This document shows positions 55,537 through 64,000 of a stretch of DNA of 64,000 bases, piece by piece. Position 1 is the first letter of the stretch; each line of letters opens with the position of its first letter. The notes under the pieces were generated by a model. That model saw only the letters and a program-made list of their open reading frames with translations, did no database searches and had not been told where the DNA came from. The translations under genes were made by a program, and so were the position numbers. This DNA is from Geosiphon pyriformis uo1 (Eukaryota; Fungi; Glomeromycota). The stretch lies in contig JAAOMT010000200.1 of the NCBI GenBank assembly GCA_016748015.1, positions 122,984 through 186,983 of the forward strand, written 5' to 3'.

Positions 55537-58189
55537 AAGCCAACCAGAAAAAAACACCTTTTATGCTTTTAACCTAACTGATAATAATCATGATATGGAT
55601 GAACTAGCAATCAACACCTCTGAATTAACCAGAAAGAAAAAAAAAGCCAAGATTGATTTTGTCTTGGACCTAAACAAAGCATCTAAATCATCTGTTGATA
55701 ACAATAAACCACCAAAGGCTAAGGTTTTTAAAAATTTCTTAAAGTTGGAACCCCCAGAAATTATACAAAAATCTGGATCCTATTCTGTTGTTAAAGACCT
55801 CATGAAAACCCCTGTACACATTACATTTGGCCAACTGATAACCCATCTACAGTTCAAAAAAGATCTTTGCAAATCATTGATACCAAAGAAGAAAACACCA
55901 AAGACCAACAAATGCTCTTGTCAAGCTGGACTTGCTAATAACAGTAATGTCACCTCTCTGATTTGTAAAGCCCAAGTGGCTGGGTACTTCATTGATCTGA
56001 TCTTAGACAGTGGATTATCTGTTAGTGTAATTGCCAAACACTTTCTTGAAGCAATTGGCAGAAAGATTGATAAGCCTTCTACAAGACCAATAACCAATGT
56101 ACATGATAACAAAAAGAAAGGCCTGGACATAGCCAAAGCTATTCCTGTCCACATCAATGGTATTAGCATTGAAATTGATATGGAAATATCTAAAGCAAAA
56201 AAGTACACCATCATTGTTGGTAATGAATGGCTTAAGAAAGCTAAAGCATTATTTGACTATGAGCTTTGTGAACTAACCATCAGATGTGGTAAAAAGCCTA
56301 TTGTGATTAAGTGCCATCATTGGACAACCCCTCCAGTATCCAAGCAAAACCAAGAAGAAAAACAATCAGATAAATCAGATAATGATGAGAGCAATAACAA
56401 AGATCAAAAAAAACAAAAAGAAACTGCTGAACTTGTCTACACTATCTTTACCAGCAATGGCAAGCCACTGGATAATGTTAAAGCTGACAAAGAAGGAATC
56501 ATAGTAAATGGCAAGCTAATCTGCTGACCCTACTATGATATCCTTAGAAGAACCTTTAACAGAAAACCTAGCAAGAAAGCCAAATACAGTTATTGGTAGT
56601 ATGACTTTTGTACACAGTGCTGGTGTAATAAACCTTTGTATTCACCAAGTAATGAATACAAATCCTGTCTGATCTATTACAAAGATTGGAAACCAATTAG
56701 CTTGATACTTTGAGAAGAACTTAAAGAAATACAAAAGTCTTTTGAGAATAAACTACCTAAAATCCAATCATTAGTTGTAGAACAAAAAAAACCTTCACCT
56801 AAAGAAAAAAAAGTGGACATTGAAAATCTGTTGGCTAGGAATAGCCCAATTATCTCAAAAGAAGGTGATACTCCTAAACAAACCCATGTGATACAACACA
56901 TCATCACCACAAAAAAAACTCGTCCCATTCATCTGAAATCTTATCAATCCAATAGATGCAATAATGAGTTCATCAAGAAAGAAATAAACCAGATGAAAGA
57001 TCTTGAATTCATACAAGAAACCAAGAGTAAATGGGCTTTTCCAATTGTAGTGGTATCCAAAAAAGGTGGAACCCTATGCTTCTGTGTTGACTATTGCCAA
57101 CTAAATGCTATCACTATAAGAAACATATACCCACTTTCCAAAATTGATATAATGCTAGATAAATTCAATGGTGCTGCTTTTTTCTCAACCATTGACTTAA
57201 CTACTGGATTCTGGCAAGTAGAGATAGATCCAGAAAGCAGAAAGAAAACTGCCTTTATTACCAAGTATGGCACCTATAAATTCACAGTCATGCTTTTTGG
57301 TCTCACCAATGCTCTTCCCACCTTTCAATGCCTAATGGATAAAGTGTTTGAATCAGTAAAAAAAAACTTTGTTCTGGTTTACTTGGACGACATAATAGTA
57401 TATTCAAAAACCTAAGATGAACACCTTGAACATTTACAAAAAGTTTTTAACCTGTTCAGAAATGCTGGCCTTAAGATCAACCCAATCAAATTTTTCTTTA
57501 GACGTCAATCCACCCAGTTCCTTGGTCATCTTATTACAAAAGATGGAATCTTCCCTAATCCAGCTAAAGTTGAAAAAGTCTAGAACATTAGACAGCCAAT
57601 GAATGTTCCTGAACTATGCTCTTTTCTTGGTTTGGTCTCTTACTATTGCAAATTTATCAAAAATTTCTCCAAAATCACCTTTCCTTTCAATCAGCTACTC
57701 AGGAAAATAGTCAATTATTACTAGAGCACTCATCAACAAAAAGCTTTTGAATTTCTAAAGGAAAAACTTGTTACTAAACCAATTCTCAAACAACCTGATC
57801 TGAACCAATCTTTTATTCTCCACACTGATGCATCTGGCTATGAACTTGGTACTATTATTTTACAGAAAGATAAAAATGGCAGAGAACATGCCATAGCATA
57901 TGTCAGTAGATCCCTTACACCAGCAGAAAAGAACTATTCAGTTACTGAACAGAAATGCTTAGTGGTAGTTTGGGCTACTAGTTACTGGGATTAATATCTT
58001 CTTGGTGCAAAATTCTTAGTGGTAACAAATCATTAAGCCTTGGTTTGGTTGCACAAGAAAAAGAAGCTGGAACACAAATGAATAACTCACTGAATACTCT
58101 ACTTGAATAAATTCAACTATGATATTCAATACCACAAAGGAGCAAATCATCAAAATGCTAATGTTTTCTCTAGACTTACCATTCAGTAA
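55499..58189 (+). pseudogene. pol of D2: protease, Cys-rich linker, RT, RNase H
   Basis: LILDSG, FCVDY, YLDD, HTDAS; one frame ending at TAA 58187-58189. Confidence 0.93.
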
Positions 58190-58253
58190 TAGTACAATCT
58201 CTCAAACCAAACCAACTTAATTATTAGTAACTCCTTTATAAACAAACACAATA

Positions 58254-59567
58254 ATAGATTTGGACAACTACTCTGCTTTAATAAAATTTTTGGGTAAAAG
58301 ACAATACCCATCAGAATACACTCGACAGCAAAGAGAACATTTGTGCAAACAATCAAATTTCTATTTGATCTGCCAAAACCAATTATATAAAAGAAACAGA
58401 AAAGACCCTAACTGCCCCCAGAGAGTCATCAAATTTGAAGAAAGAAAAATTGTAATATACAACATGCACACTGACCTATTAGCTAGACACTTTAGAAAAA
58501 CAAAAACAATTCAGAAAACTTTAGCTTGTTATTATTGGCCTATCTTGGAAAAAAACATTGCTAAATACATTAAAACCTGTAACATTTGCCAAAGAAGAGG
58601 CAAACCCAATCACAAAGAAGATATTCATTCAATCTCTGTTGGTCAACTATTTGACAGAATTAGTATAGATGTTGTTAGACCTTTAACAATAACTCTTGAT
58701 GGCAACAGATACATTATTACAGCTACTGACTATCTTACAAAGTAGGTAGAAGCAAGAGCCATTCCAGACCAAACAGCAATCTCAATAGCCAATTTCATTT
58801 ATGAAGATATTATCTGTCATCATGGCTGGCCCAAAGAACTTTTATCTAATAGAGGAAAAGCTTTTTTTAGTATACTGGTTGAGGAACTTTGTAGAAAAAT
58901 GGGAATACATCATAAACTTTCCTTCTCTTATCACCCCCAAACAAATGGCCTAGTGGAACGTTTTAATAGAACATTATGTAAAACCCTAGCCAAAACTAGT
59001 AAAGAAACAAACTTATGGAACAAAGTACTGTCTTTAGCCTTGTTTGCTTATAAAATTGTGAATTATGACATAACAAGTTATGAACTTTTTTATCTGCTCT
59101 ATGGATGCATAGCAACACTACCAATAGAAACTGATATTGAGACAATACCCTTTGAAGAGATCACAATAGGAAATTACAAAGACATTTTGCAAAGAAGACT
59201 TGATATCATTTTTGACTCCTTGGTAAAAGCACGAATAATTGCTTTTGAAAAGATAAAACAGTTTCAAGAAAAGCTTAAAAGAAAAAAAACCTATAAAACA
59301 CTTTCTTTAAGTGTTGGTGACTTGGTACTAAAATACTGTTCTAATAGAGACAATGTTTATGGTGATAAATTTTCTAATCAGTAGAAAAGACTTTTTATAG
59401 TCAACAAAGTTTTGAACAATGATTCTTATATTCTTTAAGATCAATCTGGAACAATCTTCAATAATCATCCTGTTCATGATACACAACTCAAGAAATATTA
59501 TAAACGACTTGATTGGCTGCCTATTGTGGTAATACCAACTCAAATAATTAGCAAAAATCAAGTATAA
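58254..59567 (+). pseudogene. Integrase of D2, separate ORF
   Basis: HHCC, SIDVV, HPQTNGLVERFN and a degenerate GPY/F region; different frame from RT/RH; no chromodomain seen. Confidence 0.9.
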
Positions 59568-60265
59568 ATAAATACACCATTCTCAAAACAGAGGTATTTT
59601 TAATCGATGTAAACAATTATTTTCTGGATCAAAACATTCAAAACACTTTCTATACTCTCCATGAGTATTGGATCAAAAACTATCTAAATGCTACTCTGAT
59701 TATTGAAAAACAGACCATCATAACTGATAACAGTAGAACACATACTGTTATTAGACCAAAGAAAACTACTACCAGAAGAGAAAGAATTGGTAGTAAAATG
59801 GATAAATATCTGTTGGAAAGTATAACAGCAACTATATTTTCATCTTCCAACACAATTGGAAAAACACTCCAAGAAATCTTACTCATAGACAAAAACTTGT
59901 CATATAAAAGGCAATTAAAACTCTATAGTCACTTTGGTAAAATTATAGAGAATATGAAACTCATAAAGAAAACAATTTCAAAAATACAGGCAGAAATTTT
60001 GGGCATTATATAGTTGGATGTTTCAAGAGTTTTAACTATTGTTAGAAGAGCCAAAACTCTAATACAAAGATTTAGTCTCTTGGATACAAACCTTATTTTG
60101 CCTCAAATGTTATATACCTTATTCACAAAAGACTTCAACAAACTAGTTAGCTTTGAGTTAGATAAAATCATTCAAATAGATTATCCCATAAATAGCTTGA
60201 TTTTGCTGGAACTCAATCTCTTTGAAGAGGATGATGTTATGGTTGAAACTTATACTTTTTATTAA
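59564..60265 (+). pseudogene. Extra ORF3 of family D, unknown function, ~233 codons
   Basis: Single frame with one internal stop (TAG here, TGA in D1, both one transition from TGG); homolog at ~61330-62020. Confidence 0.7.
60224..60234 (+). promoter_or_regulatory. Polypurine tract of D2 (GAAGAGGATGA)
   Basis: Purine-rich run directly before the 3' LTR TG; decayed equivalent at 61986-61996. Confidence 0.7.
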
Positions 60266-62678
60266 TTATCACATGTATTAGCTACTAATGTCATATAAAT
60301 TAGCCACTCTATTTTTAGAAAGTGATCATTGATCTGATCATTGACTATTTTTGATAGCTATATAAGCAATAAATCTTTTAGCTGTAGAAAAGCATGTAGA
60401 AAATTAAAAAAATCAAATAAATAAAATAACAACTTTTATCTCAATCTCTCTCTTATCGCTAATTTTTCTTTCCCTACCTTCAAGTATCTGAACATTTTAA
60501 AGATAAAAGACTACTTGTTGGCATTTTCTACTCTTTTCTAAAATGTGTAATTGCAGCATTTAAAGATTATTAAATAAAACGTGACTGAAGAATACATCTG
60601 ATATCTGATATTGAATTCTAAGAGTGCTGACATGAGGCATAGAATTATACCAGACATAATCAATTGTTAACAGTATGGACTATCTCTCTATCTTCAGATT
60701 CTCCAGTTATCTTTTTAAAAAGTATAGCAACTGAAATATTTTATGAGACTGATCTTACACATTGAATTCCTACTCATTTAATTTGCTCTTTGAAGTTGAA
60801 TTCTCCTTTGATTATTTCCATCATCCTACAATCCTGTTTTTCCTTGTTATCCATTAGCTTGTTACTCCAACTCATAATAATATTACCAATAAAAATTAAC
60901 ATTGAGATAATATCTTTTGAAAAAATTACAATAGAAAATTATAAAAATATTTTGCAAAAAAGACTTGGTATTATTTTTAATTCATTAGTAAAAACATAAA
61001 TAATTGCTTTTAAAAAGATAAAACAGTTTCAAGAAAAGCTTAGGAATAAAAAAACTTATAAAACACTTTTCTTAAGTATTAGTAACTTAGTTTTAAAATA
61101 TCATTTAGACAAAAATAATATTTATGATGATAAATTTTTTAGCTGGTAGAAAAGATCCTTTATAATCAATAAAGTTTTGAACAATAATTTTTATATCTTA
61201 CAAAATTAATATAAAACAATTTTTAATAATTGTTCTGTTTATGACATATGACTCAAAAAATATCACAAATAGTCTGACTGGTTACTTGTTGTAGTAATAT
61301 TAACTTAATTAATTAGCAAAAATCAGATATAAATAAATGTACTATTCTCAAAACAAAAGTATTTTCAATTGACATAAATAATTATTTCCTAGATTAAAAC
61401 ATTTAAAATGCTTTCAATATTTTTTATGAATATTGAATCAAAAATTATCCAAATACTACTTTGACCATAAGAAAACAGACCATTATAACTAATAATAATA
61501 GAATATATACTATTATTAGACCAAAAAAAACCACTACCAAAAGAAAAAAAATTGGTAATAAAATAAATAAATATATACTTAAAAGCATAATAGTAAACAT
61601 ACTATTATCTTTTAATATACTTGGAAAAATGATTAAAAAAATTTTGCTTATAAACAAAAACTTATTATATAAAAGACAATTAAAGCTCTATGGTCGACTT
61701 AATGAAATTATAGAAAATATAAAGTTCATGAAAAAACAACTTTAGAAATACAAGTAAAAATTCTAAACATTATATGATTAAATATTTTAAGAGTTTTAAT
61801 CATTATTAAAAAAGCCAAAACTTTTATACAAAAATTTGGTCTTTTGAATACAAAACTTATTTTACTTCAAATATTATATACCTTATTTACAAAAGACTTT
61901 AACAAATTAGTTAGTTTTAAGTTAATAAAATACATCAAATAAAATATTTTATAAATAACTTGATTTTACTAAAGTTAAATTTTTTGAAAAGAATAATATT
62001 ATAATTGAAACCCATAGTTTTTATTAATTATCACATGTATTAGCCACCTTATTTTTAGATAGTAATCAATGACTTAACCGTTAACTTAATTATTGATCTA
62101 ATCAATGATCTGATTATTGACTTGGTTATTACCCTAATTATTAATCTAATTGTTAATCTGATTATTGACCTGGTTATTGACCACTTTTAATAACTATATA
62201 AGCAATAAGTCTCTTAACTATAAAAAACATATAACAATCAATATAGCAATTAATTAAAAATAAATAAAATAATAACTATTAAGTATTTGAATATTTTAGA
62301 ATAAAAGATTACTTATTGGCATTTATTTACTCTTTTTCTGAATTGTATAATTGTAATATTTAAAAATTATTGAATAAAACGTGATTAAAGAGCACATTTA
62401 ATATTTGATATTAAATTTTAAGAATACCAATATAAAACATAGAATTATACCAGTGTATTATTATTTATTAACAGTATGTACTATTTTTTTATCTTTAAAT
62501 TTCTTAATTATTTTTTGAAAAAATTAGTGATTGAGATATTTTATGAGACTGATCTTGTATATTAAGTTTATACTTATTCAATTTGCTTCTTAAAGTTGAA
62601 TTTTTTTTGATCTATTCCATTATTATACAATTTTGTTTTCCTTTGCTATTTGTTAACTTGCTATTTTAATCTATAAAA

Positions 62679-63411
62679 ATATCATTAACTTTAGATTTAA
62701 CATCATTAAATTTCAAAACCAGGTTGTTATTAATTATTAAATAAAACATTATTACTTTGCAAAATGGTTTTTTTAATATACTTTTAATTATGTGGTTTTT
62801 ATTTGAGCAAAAATTTTCTATGTTTTTTTTAATTGCACACCTTATAGCAGTTATTTTAACAGCTTTGGATTTATGTATTTTGGACTTGTGATAACTTTTT
62901 TTGATCTTAAACAAACAGCTAAAAACATCAAATAATTTGGCACTATTTTGAATTATAATTTGCATTTTTGAAGCTCTATTTTTATCAGTAGCCAACCAAG
63001 TATGAAAAAAAGCATTGGTCCTAAACATATTACCAAATCTAAAAAATTTTACTATATTAACAACCAACAATTCTAATTTGAAAAATTTTAATGACTGTTT
63101 ATTAAACAGACTTTTAGTTTTAATATATTAATGTTTAGAAAAAGTTTTATTAATTGTATCTATTATTATATTCTTTAAAAATTTTTATATTACATTTAAA
63201 TTACTCTTTTATTTGCTTTACCAAATTCATTCATTATCAAAGAAAGCTTAATTAAAGAAAGATCACAAAAATTATTTTATTTAATACTATTAGCACATTT
63301 GATTCTGAATTTTTATTAATTTTTATTTGCTTGTTTGTAAATATTATTTAGACAAGTGTTCAAAAAACCTTCTAATCTAACTGAAACTATAACTGCTATG
63401 TAATCAGTATC
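62679..63411 (-). mobile_element. Old LINE copy 4, segment 4 (end of APE and APE-RT linker)
   Basis: ORF 62666..63070 (KSYH, NKNHIIKSILKKPFCKV, VKSKVND) is homologous to LINE ORF2. Confidence 0.88.
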
Positions 63412-64000
63412 TGTTAATGTTTTGTTTACAAAGTGAGATTCTTGATCTGATAACAATTCTTTTAAATATCTGTGTCGACAAATTAAATCTTGGTAAACAA
63501 ATTTGGTTACAGATTCTGTATCTGCTTTTTGAATTGCTTTTGCCTTTGGCCATTTTGTAAGATAGTTCATAACTACTGCTATATAATGATTGTCTTTGCT
63601 GGTTATGGTTAATAGTCTGACTAAGTCAATTTCAATTTGATCAAATAGTTGTCTTATTTTAATTGGTCTTAATGATTTACTGGGTTTTGTTCCTCTTTTT
63701 CTCTAATAATTATCACAATTTTGAATGTATTGGATAATGTCTGGATACATTGATAACCAGTAATATTTCTTTTTGGTTCTTTTCATAATTGCTTCTTTAT
63801 GAAAATATCCTGCTGTCAGATCTGAGTATATATTATATAGTATTGTTTCTTTCTCTGGTTTTGTGATTACTTTGAGTGGTTGATCTGAATTCTTTCTGTT
63901 TTTTCAATATAGTATATTTTAATGAGTCATAAAATATTTTGATTGTTGTTTTATGTTGTTTTGTTCCTTTTGAGATAATTTTTCCTTGAACTGCTGAGTA
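63412..64000 (-). mobile_element. Ty3/gypsy integrase fragment
   Basis: YLTKWPKAKAI, DLICRH, LLSDQESHF; HHCC region upstream; runs off the window. Confidence 0.88.

Larger units (their letters stand above)
53237..60879 (+). mobile_element. Ty3/gypsy family D, younger inner copy D2 (LTRs 53237-53906 and 60235-60879)
   Basis: TGTTATGG...CTGTAACA LTR, PBS, PPT, perfect TSD ATAT; inserted in the integrase gene of D1. Confidence 0.95.
47396..62678 (+). mobile_element. Ty3/gypsy 'family D', older outer copy D1 (LTRs 47396-48050 and 61997-62678)
   Basis: Two homologous LTRs, decayed PBS and PPT, gag-pol-IN-ORF3 collinear with D2; TSD ATAA/ATAT, whose removal restores the LINE frame (VNDI|IES). Confidence 0.92.

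Noticed and set aside
59330-60265. Chromodomain or env gene after integrase
   Set aside because: No aromatic-cage chromodomain pattern seen, and no signal peptide, furin site plus fusion peptide, or TM anchor.
63316-63570. In-frame integrase-LINE endonuclease fusion ORF
   Set aside because: A chance junction of two decayed elements at ~63411; both sides are full of stops and no matching TSD is evident at the LINE's other end.

Overview
This is eukaryotic fungal DNA, AT-rich with many short GT-AG introns. The transposon repertoire and gene style suggest a Glomeromycotina/Mucoromycota genome (inference). About 85% of the window is decayed retrotransposon sequence. It surrounds an ~8 kb CpG-retaining gene island with four genes in two head-to-head pairs: complex I subunit NI9M/NDUFA3 (-) with a TOM6-like ORF (+), and VPS25 (-) with PEX1 (+). 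NI9M and VPS25 are absent from the ORF track and were reconstructed by manual splicing. The left arm holds a minus-strand Ty3/gypsy element carrying a dUTPase, degenerate LTRs, and two full-length APE-RT-RNaseH LINEs. The right arm (34.5-63.4 kb) is one old minus-strand LINE split into four pieces by nested insertions, resolved from target-site duplications (TSDs): a solo LTR containing a full LINE, a solo LTR containing another LTR, and a gypsy element containing a younger copy of itself. Most notable observations: (1) two distinct gypsy families encode integrase as a separate ORF after a stop at the end of RNase H; (2) a dUTPase plus a Cys-rich module lies between protease and RT; (3) an extra non-env ORF3 follows integrase; (4) a UUUAAAC -1 frameshift site joins gag and pol; (5) C>T/G>A decay is pervasive in repeats but not evident in the genes. 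All alignments and translations were done by eye; no database search was run.
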